A DNA stretch of 47,386 nucleotides from a virus (taxonomy: Duplodnaviria > Caudoviricetes): positions 1 through 47,386 of the IMG/VR virus record IMGVR_UViG_3300043412_000080, one strand, 5' to 3'. The position numbers and the translations under genes are program-made. The notes under the pieces are model-generated. The model searched no databases and was not told the DNA's origin. It was given only the letters and a program-made list of their open reading frames with translations. Position 1 is the stretch's first letter, and each line of letters opens with the position of its first letter. Shown in pieces: positions 24,852-34,669 of the stretch.

Positions 24852-25436
24852 TTATAACCCCTTTGACAATCTTTGAATAAAAATTGATGCACCCCAAAGT
24901 GTGCAAGCCATGTCCGCCTTTGCGTGTATTTCTATGCCATTTGCAAGTGATGCAGTCGAAGCTGTGATAGGGATAACCCATGTATAAATATGTGCTGTGG
25001 ACTTAGGAATAATCATTGATGTACTTTCAATAATTGTTCCGCTTACTTTTAAATCAAGTGTTATATTGTTATTTGATGCTGTCGCCGTAGGGTCAAGCGT
25101 GAAAACTATCTTTAAACAATAAACATCTTTTGCTTTTTCAGGCATTAATTTTGAATTTGTACCGTCCCATATCGTGCTTGGCAAGCCTTTAATTTGTGTA
25201 ATATCCGATGCACTACCTAAGCCGGTTATCAATATTTTTGATGCCACGTCCGCAGTTAATGCTTGTCCAGTTCCAGCATCAATTCTAACGCTGTCACTTT
25301 TATGCACCCATTCCATAGCAAGATTAGATGTTAATTCGGTTAATAGTGCTTTTAATGTGTTTCCCGTGACGGATTTTACACCGCCAAGCAAAGAAAATGA
25401 ACGTAATAATTTAAGCATAGCTAAAAGCCCTCCCAA
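24852..25436 (-). CDS. putative virion accessory protein (likely start 25418)
   Basis: GGGAGG RBS before MLKLL; beta-rich. Confidence 0.6.
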   Translation of the reverse strand: MGGLLAMLKLLRSFSLLGGVKSVTGNTLKALLTELTSNLAMEWVHKSDSVRIDAGTGQALTADVASKILITGLGSASDITQIKGLPSTIWDGTNSKLMPEKAKDVYCLKIVFTLDPTATASNNNITLDLKVSGTIIESTSMIIPKSTAHIYTWVIPITASTASLANGIEIHAKADMACTLWGASIFIQRLSKGL

Positions 25437-26202
25437 ATTTTAGCAAGTCTTTTTCTGCCCGTGCAAATAATTCAGTATGAAATGCGTCTGACTGTGAACC
25501 CTCAAAAATTGCACCATGTAAAACATTGCCAATCATTCCAAGCGTTGCAACGCTTGCCACTTCGTCTTGATTGCCAAACTGTAAATCTCTCGTTCCTAAA
25601 ACATAAGTGGTAAAGTTACTATCTGTAGATGTTAAAGAAATTCCAGTATTTGTTTTTAATTTAATTGTTCCACCCCTTGAAATATCAAGAATTACAGTTA
25701 TCCACTTATTTAAAGGTGATACAGGCAATGCAACATCTATAACGCTTGATGCTACACCCGCAAGTGTCTTACAAAAAAATGTCAATTTGTCTGTGGATAA
25801 ACCAACCCTAAACCCCGTAGTTGTTCCCGATGCGTCTTCGGTGTAATCACCCATAATAGATTTTCTTGCACTTGTTGTATTTGTGGCACTTACAAGATTT
25901 GAACATCTTACTGTGGTTATCATACAAAAACTGTTTGATGCCAATCCTGATGTTTTAATTTGTGACCCTGCCCCACCTTGTTCGGTAATTACATTTAAGT
26001 ATCTGTTGGCAATATCAAAGGTTGCATCTGAAATCGTACGACTAATCTGCAATGGTTTATTGTTTCCCGAGGAATCAAGGTTGTTAAGCATATTATATGC
26101 CCCCTTTAACCCTGCAAGCCCTGAAAACACACTTGGCATTGTGGCATAACCCAGTGGGGCAGTTGGCAGTGTAACGCTTGATAATGATTCTATGTAACCC
26201 AT
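25411..26202 (-). CDS. ConA/LamG-like virion accessory protein
   Basis: LNKWITVIL, LQFGN, beta-sandwich pattern; follows the esterase tail protein. Confidence 0.55.
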   Translation of the reverse strand: MGYIESLSSVTLPTAPLGYATMPSVFSGLAGLKGAYNMLNNLDSSGNNKPLQISRTISDATFDIANRYLNVITEQGGAGSQIKTSGLASNSFCMITTVRCSNLVSATNTTSARKSIMGDYTEDASGTTTGFRVGLSTDKLTFFCKTLAGVASSVIDVALPVSPLNKWITVILDISRGGTIKLKTNTGISLTSTDSNFTTYVLGTRDLQFGNQDEVASVATLGMIGNVLHGAIFEGSQSDAFHTELFARAEKDLLKFGRAFSYA

Positions 26203-26203
26203 T

Positions 26204-28060
26204 TTATACCTCTACTTGTTTTTTAAACATTACGCAATAGTTATGCCCGTCATACGGTGTGCCATTATCTAAAATTTTTATTTCAGGAATAAATGTTGCA
26301 CCATCACGCAAACACCCTCTAGTTCCTTTTTTACCATCGGATATTCTACCACGTCCACAAATATAATTTGTGTAACTTTTGCCATCTGTCGATGTTGTCA
26401 ATGTCGGATAATCAGTACTATCAATGCTGTACGCGTATGCAGCTTCAATTACTGTGCCTGTTAAGTCAGAAGCAGAAACGATTTTTATTTGATTCTCTGA
26501 AAACTTTGTTACACTGGATAATGTTTTACGCACACCATCAACCCAAAGCTCAAATCCATAAAATCCATCGGCTGTATTTGGCACAGTTTCAGTGCTTAAT
26601 TCAATCTCCCCGAACGGCACATAAAAATCAACAATGACAGTTCTTGCACCATATTTTTTACATAACGTAGGTTGTAATGGTTTGAAAAATTCTTTTGTGC
26701 GAATCATTTGTTCAATGGCACGCCCCATAAATAAACCCACATGAAAACGCCCCCATTCATCAATATGCACCGCACCATCATCAATACCCACAGTTCCAAC
26801 AACATCATCAGTGCCACGCATGAGATACGCAGGGCAGGCACAAGAATAAAAAGGCGTTAAATCATTCATTTCATATTGCATCATTGGTATCAAGTGCCTA
26901 TTTGCTTGCGTATAATTAGCATATCCTGCCATTTGATGCGATATAAAAGGTAATGTATAATTAGAGCCTAAAAAATCAAAAGAAGTATCATCTCTTAATT
27001 TTTCGACTGATAGACGATATGAAGTCGGATTCATTGATTCCATAGTATCGGTTTCGCCGTGTGAAAAACATATCACATTCGGTGTTAATCCTTTGTTCGC
27101 AACGCCTGCAATCACTTTAACTTGATTTAATTTTGATATTTCTGCATTATATGGAATTGTGCCTTTTGATATATTGAATATAGAAGCACCGCCTAGTCCG
27201 CTATTTTGTGCAAAAATATTTTGATTGGAATTAAAAACACCGCATTTTTCAAGATAATAACAAACACCAGTTAAAATATTTTCAAGTGCTGTGTCGCCTG
27301 TATCTGTCCCCTCAAATGCCTCTATAGCCGTTGTGTCAGGTGATTGTGATACTGTACCTCCAGTTATTGTTATAACTTTTAATCCATTATCATGCGTAAA
27401 TGATTTTGTCAGAGTCGCACCGATAGGGTCGCCACCAACAGCAAAAGCATTAGACTGCCCTTTACCCATGATAGAAAAATAATCAGGAATTGTCAAAAAT
27501 AATGTTTTTTCTGTTGCAGATGATGGCGTAAAATGCAATCCGCCCTCCATATCCACATACATTAATATCGTACCCACTGCATCGGTTAAAGCCCATGCAA
27601 TATTGGTGTCAATCGCTTGTAATTCCTGCGTGTATGGCGTGGATATACCGCCAAAAGCTGAAATAATAAAAAACTTTTTAAAATCCATATCCACAAGCGT
27701 ATATAAATCATCATTTTCATAATTTATACCTTGTAAGTCAACGATTTTTTTAAGTGGCGTTACATCACTTTCTAAGTTGGTTACATCAGTTTGCAATAAT
27801 GTAACATTGCTTGCGTTTGCAAGTATTAATGTTTTTAAATTGTTTGCAATAAGCTGTAATGCGTTTGTAGGTGTCGCACTGCCCAAAAGCCCCAATTCAT
27901 TAAGTCCATTAATAAATGTACTTATCAAGTCATTTAAAAACGTATAGCTTAATGGTGTATTGCAAGCCACATCAAAGAACCCTTGCGTAGCAGGTACTGC
28001 CACGGGGTCACTTGGACGGGTTGCGACTTGGTCTGTTCTTGGCGTAATAGTTGTAGCCAT
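26204..28060 (-). CDS. tail fibre/spike with SGNH (sialate O-acetylesterase-like) domain
   Basis: GQSNA, GLGGASI, HGETD and AVH motifs; N-terminal fibre anchor. Confidence 0.75.
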   Translation of the reverse strand: MATTITPRTDQVATRPSDPVAVPATQGFFDVACNTPLSYTFLNDLISTFINGLNELGLLGSATPTNALQLIANNLKTLILANASNVTLLQTDVTNLESDVTPLKKIVDLQGINYENDDLYTLVDMDFKKFFIISAFGGISTPYTQELQAIDTNIAWALTDAVGTILMYVDMEGGLHFTPSSATEKTLFLTIPDYFSIMGKGQSNAFAVGGDPIGATLTKSFTHDNGLKVITITGGTVSQSPDTTAIEAFEGTDTGDTALENILTGVCYYLEKCGVFNSNQNIFAQNSGLGGASIFNISKGTIPYNAEISKLNQVKVIAGVANKGLTPNVICFSHGETDTMESMNPTSYRLSVEKLRDDTSFDFLGSNYTLPFISHQMAGYANYTQANRHLIPMMQYEMNDLTPFYSCACPAYLMRGTDDVVGTVGIDDGAVHIDEWGRFHVGLFMGRAIEQMIRTKEFFKPLQPTLCKKYGARTVIVDFYVPFGEIELSTETVPNTADGFYGFELWVDGVRKTLSSVTKFSENQIKIVSASDLTGTVIEAAYAYSIDSTDYPTLTTSTDGKSYTNYICGRGRISDGKKGTRGCLRDGATFIPEIKILDNGTPYDGHNYCVMFKKQVEV

Positions 28061-28069
28061 TTATAACCT

Positions 28070-29524
28070 CTAAAATAAAAATAATTGACCTGATATACGA
28101 ATACGTTTAATGCCTGTCCAGTTTGCAAGTTGTGATATTGTCATCGGCGTTCTATCAAATTCATTATAATAAATAAAGTTTAAAACATCATTTGACGCAT
28201 CAACAAGAGCGTGCAATGCGCCAATATTATTTTCAAAAGCATAAAAACCGCTTTCAATGGATAAGTTCAAAATCGATGCCTTTTGCGTAATTACACTACT
28301 TAAATATGGCACATTGCCAATACGAATTAACGTTGCTCCTGTGCCTGTGCGATTCGCATCATTCAATTCAAAATAAATAGACAAATTAATCACGTTTTGG
28401 ATTTTTTGATAACGCCCCTCCGCCACAACCGCAGACGAAAAACAATTTATATTCGGGGTAAAAGCCCCCTCTTTAAAGTCTGTAATTGTACCATTTGGTG
28501 TTACAAGTTTTGAAGCCGTTGCCGCATTGCCTGTGGTGTTGCTTGGTATAGTGTCAGCAAGCCGTGCGTTAGGTAAAATGCCTGCATTTTGATTGCTTGA
28601 ATTTGTAAAATAAGCAGCATTAGCTCCACCAAGCAAAGCAGCGTCTGAAGCCGTTGCCGCATTGCCTGTGGTGTTGCTTGGTATAGTGTTAGCAAGCCGT
28701 GCGTTAGGTAAAATGCCTGCATTTTGATTGCTTGAATTTGTAAAATAAGCAGCATTAGCTCCATCAAGCAAAGCAGCGTCAAGTCCACTACCTGCACCAT
28801 CATTCCCGCCGTCCCATATTTTACGCCAGTTATACCAAGTGCCAAGATAGTAAGACCTGTAATAAATACCAGTAGAATCGTAAGTTTGATAGGTTTGATA
28901 TATAATATCATCACCATCACTCTTAACTGTTAATGTTCCTGCTTTATTTACAGGATAGTTATCACTAACACTAGTGTCTTTGTTAAGATTTTGATTATAG
29001 TAGCCATCAATTTTTATATCATTTAAATTTGCATCAACCTCAATATCTTGGCGTTTTAAAAATGGGTCAAGACCTTGAATTTTTATAGCATCGCTGAAAT
29101 GTACCCTGTCATCATACATATCTATATACGATGTCGTACCCGAACTATCACGTTTTGCAATTCTAAAATAATCATCAGTTTCATTGTAAAGCAAATACCC
29201 CCTTGAACCGCCCGAGACATTTAAAAAAGATAACACCGAAGATGTGTCAGTGGTAGGGTTTTTTAAATCTATATTGCCTGTCCTAAAATCTTTTTCACCG
29301 CCTATAGTTTTCACAAACATTTTTTTTAAAGCATTAGGGTCATTAGATAAATTTGTTAAACCTAAATAATTTTGTGCATTTAAAAAGATTGATATAATTT
29401 CATTCAAAAAATCATACGTGACTCTTGTTGTGCAATTATCTGAAAAAAATCTTTGCGTCGCAGGTGACGGGTCTGTACTATTTGGTTGTGTTGTTACACC
29501 GCCCTGCTTTGGTGAGCCTGTCAT
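28070..29524 (-). CDS. tail fibre protein with knob domain
   Basis: NLNDIKIDGYYNQ..NYPVNKAGTLTV..YQTY..YYRS..W knob; NDGAGSGLDA; follows the baseplate genes. Confidence 0.9.
   Translation of the reverse strand: MTGSPKQGGVTTQPNSTDPSPATQRFFSDNCTTRVTYDFLNEIISIFLNAQNYLGLTNLSNDPNALKKMFVKTIGGEKDFRTGNIDLKNPTTDTSSVLSFLNVSGGSRGYLLYNETDDYFRIAKRDSSGTTSYIDMYDDRVHFSDAIKIQGLDPFLKRQDIEVDANLNDIKIDGYYNQNLNKDTSVSDNYPVNKAGTLTVKSDGDDIIYQTYQTYDSTGIYYRSYYLGTWYNWRKIWDGGNDGAGSGLDAALLDGANAAYFTNSSNQNAGILPNARLANTIPSNTTGNAATASDAALLGGANAAYFTNSSNQNAGILPNARLADTIPSNTTGNAATASKLVTPNGTITDFKEGAFTPNINCFSSAVVAEGRYQKIQNVINLSIYFELNDANRTGTGATLIRIGNVPYLSSVITQKASILNLSIESGFYAFENNIGALHALVDASNDVLNFIYYNEFDRTPMTISQLANWTGIKRIRISGQLFLF
28511..28780. 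repeat. 135-bp tandem duplication (2 copies, 2 mismatches) in the tail fibre
   Basis: 28511-28645 and 28646-28780; 45-aa repeat. Confidence 0.92.
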
Positions 29525-29527
29525 TTT

Positions 29528-30277
29528 TTATACTCCAAAAATAGGGTTAGATTTATTGCCGTCATAAAAATTTATTTTAAATCCCAACGGTATAATTTGT
29601 TCAAATACACAAGATAAATTCGGGATTAATTGTGTTATTGCCTTGCTTGCAAAAAGCTGATCTGCAACGCTACTACCAATATTACCTGCAAAGAATCCGC
29701 ATTGTTCATCTATCATCGTTGTTTCGTCTTGTGCATAAGTTGTTTTTGCATTTAATAAATTAGACTCGTCCGAAGCATACCAACTCGCAGGCACAGGCTC
29801 ACCACATATTCTTTTGCCTGCATGATAAGAGCCTGCATAATATCGGCAATCCTGCAAAACAGGACTATTTTCATCTATAATTATTGAATATGTCAATAAA
29901 ACACCATTAACACTTTCATCTATAAAATCCGCCTGCAATCCAAGACGCAATAATGCGTCTTCGCATATATCCTTTAATTTTAAATCAGGATTAACGCCAT
30001 TCGCAAGTAAACACAATGTTTCTGCCCGTGCATCGCACGCATTAGGCAATCCGTATTCTGCAAGCCATCTATCATTTGTTAATGATTGGGTACTACAAAA
30101 CATTTCAGGCAATAATCCACATAACCATGCTTTAGCATCATTTTTTGACGCACAAAAAGCCTTAATTAATTTATGAATATTTGTATTAACATCACGCACG
30201 CCGTGCCATATTTTACCGTTTGGGAACAACATATATGTTGATTGCATTAATTTATTTAAATCAAAACTGCAAACCAT
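29528..30277 (-). CDS. baseplate wedge protein (Mu gp48/DUF2313-like)
   Basis: LFPNGKIW, RWLAEYGLP..C; position after baseplate J. Confidence 0.75.
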   Translation of the reverse strand: MVCSFDLNKLMQSTYMLFPNGKIWHGVRDVNTNIHKLIKAFCASKNDAKAWLCGLLPEMFCSTQSLTNDRWLAEYGLPNACDARAETLCLLANGVNPDLKLKDICEDALLRLGLQADFIDESVNGVLLTYSIIIDENSPVLQDCRYYAGSYHAGKRICGEPVPASWYASDESNLLNAKTTYAQDETTMIDEQCGFFAGNIGSSVADQLFASKAITQLIPNLSCVFEQIIPLGFKINFYDGNKSNPIFGV

Positions 30278-30278
30278 A

Positions 30279-31370
30279 TTATGTCACCGTATTTATAGTT
30301 ACAGTTCCATAAGCAGGTATTCTACCTGAGGCAATACTTATATTAGTATTTGGGGATATAACATTAAAATTATTCCCAACCAATACACGCCCCACAGCAC
30401 TATCTATGCTTTCTTTGTAAAAAACCTTAGGGTCATCAATGCTTGAAAACTGCCCCTCACTTTCAATCGCATCTTTAATTTCAACTTCTATCTGTGCTTG
30501 TGTTTTATTGGTTATAATTCCGCTTATATTCACGACAACATTAATAACTTGGAGCTGTGGGGCTTTTGCCACTGGATTTGTTCCCTCTAGTTTTATTGTA
30601 TGTAAATATGCTTGGATTGCTAAAATATCCGAACCACTAGGAATGCCATCATCATATTTATCGTCCATTAAAAAATATAAATTAAAAGTTCCAATCCCAT
30701 TTTCTCTAAAAATTCTTGTTACATCAGAAAATTCTTGCTGTACCTTAATGTTGTAATATCCAAGTGTTCCAGTGTATGCAAGGTTTTGTTTCGCATAAGA
30801 CACCCTTAAACGCAAAGACTCATCTGTTTCAATATCACTGCCACCTGACAACCCATCGGTGACTGTTATGCTTGTTATATTCGGATTAACTGTATTTAAT
30901 TCAAGTTTTGTGCCTGAATTTGTATTTTTATTCGCACCTGCACTGAGTGAATCAACAAGCAATAAATTATTCCCCGTGGTTAATAAGGCTGTTTTTGCAA
31001 TAAATTGCACGCCGTCACTGCGATTTAACAGGGCATTTAACGCTATGGTCTGCCCCGAAGCACCAATTACACGCACATATCCGCTTGCTTTTGTCGCACT
31101 ACGGCGTGACAATCCACGTTCGCTTGCGTGTAATTCAAGATATTGAGTATCCGCTGTTACCGCAAACATTTGATTTAATATATAATTGCCATACCCATAA
31201 ACAGGGTAAATCATCATTGACCATACTTTACCAAAAACGCCTAAAATGTTTGGGGTTAAAAATGAATCCGTATTAGGTAAATATGTATTAATGTAACCTC
31301 TAGTTTTTTCAGTCAATTCTTTTAATGTGGGGATATTATAAGTCATAAATCTGCCCCCATACAAGCTCAA
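30279..31370 (-). CDS. baseplate J-like protein (Mu gp47); likely start 31346
   Basis: TADTQYLELHA, GGSDIETDESLRLR. Confidence 0.92.
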   Translation of the reverse strand: MSLYGGRFMTYNIPTLKELTEKTRGYINTYLPNTDSFLTPNILGVFGKVWSMMIYPVYGYGNYILNQMFAVTADTQYLELHASERGLSRRSATKASGYVRVIGASGQTIALNALLNRSDGVQFIAKTALLTTGNNLLLVDSLSAGANKNTNSGTKLELNTVNPNITSITVTDGLSGGSDIETDESLRLRVSYAKQNLAYTGTLGYYNIKVQQEFSDVTRIFRENGIGTFNLYFLMDDKYDDGIPSGSDILAIQAYLHTIKLEGTNPVAKAPQLQVINVVVNISGIITNKTQAQIEVEIKDAIESEGQFSSIDDPKVFYKESIDSAVGRVLVGNNFNVISPNTNISIASGRIPAYGTVTINTVT

Positions 31371-31836
31371 ATTTTTGATTGTAACGCTCTAAGGAATAAT
31401 TAGCAATTAATGTTATGTCCATATTCACTTTATTTGTATTAACTTGTGTTACATTTACAATATAGCTATTTATTGCCTCTTGTGCAACAAGAACATTCAA
31501 TGCTTCGCTTGCATATTTTTGAATTTGATTGATTGTATTAGCTTTTATATATGACCGTTCCAATGTCCAAAGCTGTGAACCCAGTGAAACATCACCATCA
31601 ACAGCATCGCCAACCCAGCCTTTGGGGTCTTCTTTGCTTAATGGCGTGGATTCGTCCGCCCGTGCATCGGTAAATAATAATATAGTTACTGCCGTCCATA
31701 AACAATTCTCAGATTGTAAATCTTTATTCTTAACAACAAAATCAGCATAATTTTTGGCATTATCATACATAAAGTCAGGCAAGAATAATTTTTCTGCCTG
31801 TAAATGCTCCGACTGCCTTATGTTTAATTGCACCAT
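31336..31836 (-). CDS. baseplate protein (Mu gp46-like)
   Basis: LWTAVTILLFTDARA, GWVGD, GSQLWTLER. Confidence 0.9.
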   Translation of the reverse strand: MVQLNIRQSEHLQAEKLFLPDFMYDNAKNYADFVVKNKDLQSENCLWTAVTILLFTDARADESTPLSKEDPKGWVGDAVDGDVSLGSQLWTLERSYIKANTINQIQKYASEALNVLVAQEAINSYIVNVTQVNTNKVNMDITLIANYSLERYNQKFELVWGQIYDL

Positions 31837-31838
31837 TA

Positions 31839-32423
31839 TTAATTTGACCTTGAAATATTTGAACCGCTTATAATTACTCCGATTGTATCACCCACTTGCA
31901 CATTGTCACCAATCCGTGCGATAGGCTGCCCGCCACTACCGCCAATATCAAAAGCCCCGTTTGACGAACCAACATTCCCATTAAATGAGCTATTGCCATT
32001 TACATTTAAGTTACCGTCTATCGTAACATTATTTGCGTCAATATTCAAGTTTGATGATGATAAATTCACGTTGCCAGTTACATTTAAATTTAAAACACCT
32101 TTTACGGTTATTTCAACAATCCCATTTTTTAAATGAAACTTATTCCCGTTCTTGTCATATAACGCAGACTCCCCAACCTCTAGGTTTGGTTTGTATTGTG
32201 GGGCATCAAGTCCAATAATTACTGCATTTTCAGTTACACAGTTTGGCATTATTGCCAAGCCCTGCGACCCTACGGGGGGATTAGAAGTAAAACCGAATTG
32301 TTCAATAAATAATCTTTCGCTTAATTCCTCGTCACTGCGTCCATCGACTGTAACTTTATTTTTACCCTTTGTGATTTTTGATGATTTATGCGTAACAAGG
32401 CATGATGTATTATTTTTTAGCAT
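31839..32423 (-). CDS. baseplate spike (Mu gp45-like)
   Basis: QFGFTSNPPVG, GESALYD, IARIGD. Confidence 0.9.
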   Translation of the reverse strand: MLKNNTSCLVTHKSSKITKGKNKVTVDGRSDEELSERLFIEQFGFTSNPPVGSQGLAIMPNCVTENAVIIGLDAPQYKPNLEVGESALYDKNGNKFHLKNGIVEITVKGVLNLNVTGNVNLSSSNLNIDANNVTIDGNLNVNGNSSFNGNVGSSNGAFDIGGSGGQPIARIGDNVQVGDTIGVIISGSNISRSN

Positions 32424-33456
32424 CAGGCAAACCCTTTATTTCTGATTTTGATTTATTTATAGGATTGCGGTTTTCATAAAATGCCCTCGGGTCTGCAAGT
32501 TCAAGGACGCATGATGTCGATTGTGCATCACAAGAATATGAAGCACTTTTTATAAGCATCATTTGGTCAATGCCATCATTCGGAAAATTGCAATATATCT
32601 GTTTATTTGGTAAATATATTTTACCCTCTGCATCAGTAAAATTCTTTATTGTCAATGTTCCGCTTATTCCATCACCGATTGAACGCATTGCATGATTAGT
32701 CGCACGCTCTTTAATATTTACTTCGTCTGTTTCCGATATAATCACAAGCGGTCTATATCTTTTTACTGTATCATCTTTAAATGATGATGTTATGTTTTTT
32801 CCGTCTGTCTGCCCTTTTATTGTATATTCTGAATATCTGCCTGCGTAATTTTCATCAAAACCCCATTCAGTGATAAAAGACATATTTTCTTTAAATGATG
32901 TGTTATATTTTTCATTCCCAGCCTTTGTGATTACAATATCACCTTTTTCATTTGTCGTGAGCGTCACACCGTTTAAATCCGCAAGACGCTTTAAATAATC
33001 TATACACTTCTCGCCTTGATTGTATGCTGTGTATTTAAACTTAGGTAAATCCAAGTCACAAACAACATTTACATTAAATTTTGATGCAATAATTCCTGCA
33101 ATTTCTTTAATATTTCTATTTTTAAAATTAGCACCAATCGCATCAACTGTGCAATCTATAATGTCGCTTGTTTTTGAACGACCTTCAAAGTTGATACTTT
33201 TTTCTATCGCACTGGTACGACTTGCCACCCTGTCAATGTATCCAGTAAGAAACAATATATTATCAATGTAAACTTTGCACTCCGACTGTGGTTTTATATC
33301 AAATACTTTACCACGAAACGCACCATTACTAATGCCTCTCTTTGTGGTAAAGCTGAATGTTCTCGCTAGTTCCTCTATCGACGCTGTACAGGTTACCTGT
33401 GTCCAGTTTTCAAATTCCGTGCCATCGACTAATAATTTTATTTTACCCACTGACAA
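32410..33456 (-). CDS. baseplate hub (Mu gp44/gpP-like)
   Basis: GRSKTSDIIDC, RYSEYTIKGQ, RYRPLVII. Confidence 0.9.
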   Translation of the reverse strand: MSVGKIKLLVDGTEFENWTQVTCTASIEELARTFSFTTKRGISNGAFRGKVFDIKPQSECKVYIDNILFLTGYIDRVASRTSAIEKSINFEGRSKTSDIIDCTVDAIGANFKNRNIKEIAGIIASKFNVNVVCDLDLPKFKYTAYNQGEKCIDYLKRLADLNGVTLTTNEKGDIVITKAGNEKYNTSFKENMSFITEWGFDENYAGRYSEYTIKGQTDGKNITSSFKDDTVKRYRPLVIISETDEVNIKERATNHAMRSIGDGISGTLTIKNFTDAEGKIYLPNKQIYCNFPNDGIDQMMLIKSASYSCDAQSTSCVLELADPRAFYENRNPINKSKSEIKGLPDAKK

Positions 33457-34669
33457 CCGCCTTAAATTCTAATGGCATAAAATCAGGGTCAATAATATCG
33501 TTCCGATTAATTAAGTCATCATAATAATCAATATTGCCATAAATTCTATACGACCACCAAAGGGCAGGAAACTCGCCATTGTGTCCACTAATTGTAATGA
33601 CTGGCAATAAGGTTGCTAAAGCGTTTGTCAAATATGTTGTGCTTGTATTAACCAATTCAGTTAAGGCATCATGCACTTCAAATGTCATGTAATCCAATTC
33701 ACTATCAAGTAAATCTGATATTTTACTGCGATAATAAATCGCTTCTTTGCGTGTCTTTAAGTTTTCTTGCATTACAGTCAAGCATAATGACGCAATATAC
33801 ATTTGACGCACTGTGTGTGAAAATTCAGTTAAATTTACACCGCTTTGTTGCTTTGTAAAGCTAAAATCATTCCCATAAATAATAGTATCAGCTTCTTGTT
33901 CACAGGCATCAACAAAAGAATCTGAAACGCTTTTTGTTGTGTTTAATGTGCTTTTTTCTAAACTTGCTACATCATAAATAACATCAACATACCCCTGATA
34001 ATGTTCATCATCAAGATTATTAATTTTTGTTTCAGTCTCTTGCTTATCTGAATCTAATTCAAATATTACAGCCGAAAAAATGCTTCTTATGCGTTCCCTT
34101 ACTGCCCGTGTGGTAAATTTAAAATCATCAATAACGTATAAAGCATTTACTGCATATTTAACACGCCCCTCAATAGTATCCACAGCACTATAGACATCAT
34201 CAACCCACCCCATAACTTTATCAAGGTGTGATTGCATTGTATCTTTTGTTTTTGCAAATAGTGACAAAGCCCTTAATTGTTGCTCTGTTATTGTTATTGG
34301 TATATTTTCTTGCTTATCAATAATAAATGTCGCCGTAAAGCTGTACATATTAATATTTACACCACGGGTAAAAGATACTAATTCACTAAAAACAGTAAAT
34401 CTTTGATTTTTATGTGGCAACTCAAGAATACCCGAGCCTTTTTTATTAAAAGCTGTGTGCAATTTTAATAATTTATTTTCTGTATCTTGTGCATCAATGC
34501 CTATAATAATTCCATTAATTGTAAAACTTTCATTCTTTCCGCCCATATCTTCTATATGAACGTAATCCTGAAAAGGAATATCAGACATGGATAAACGCCT
34601 GCCCGATTCTTGCGAAAAGTCACCATCTAAATAAAACTCTGCACCACGAAATTTTGCAATATTTGTCAT
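33443..34669 (-). CDS. DNA circularization / tail initiator protein (Mu gpN-like)
   Basis: AKFRGAEF, GRRL, EDMG, LINRNDIIDPDFMP. Confidence 0.88.
   Translation of the reverse strand: MTNIAKFRGAEFYLDGDFSQESGRRLSMSDIPFQDYVHIEDMGGKNESFTINGIIIGIDAQDTENKLLKLHTAFNKKGSGILELPHKNQRFTVFSELVSFTRGVNINMYSFTATFIIDKQENIPITITEQQLRALSLFAKTKDTMQSHLDKVMGWVDDVYSAVDTIEGRVKYAVNALYVIDDFKFTTRAVRERIRSIFSAVIFELDSDKQETETKINNLDDEHYQGYVDVIYDVASLEKSTLNTTKSVSDSFVDACEQEADTIIYGNDFSFTKQQSGVNLTEFSHTVRQMYIASLCLTVMQENLKTRKEAIYYRSKISDLLDSELDYMTFEVHDALTELVNTSTTYLTNALATLLPVITISGHNGEFPALWWSYRIYGNIDYYDDLINRNDIIDPDFMPLEFKAVVSG

Noticed and set aside
28511-28780. Diversity-generating retroelement TR/VR pair
   Set aside because: Although both mismatches are A/G on the coding strand, the copies are adjacent, in frame and mid-gene, and no reverse transcriptase is present.
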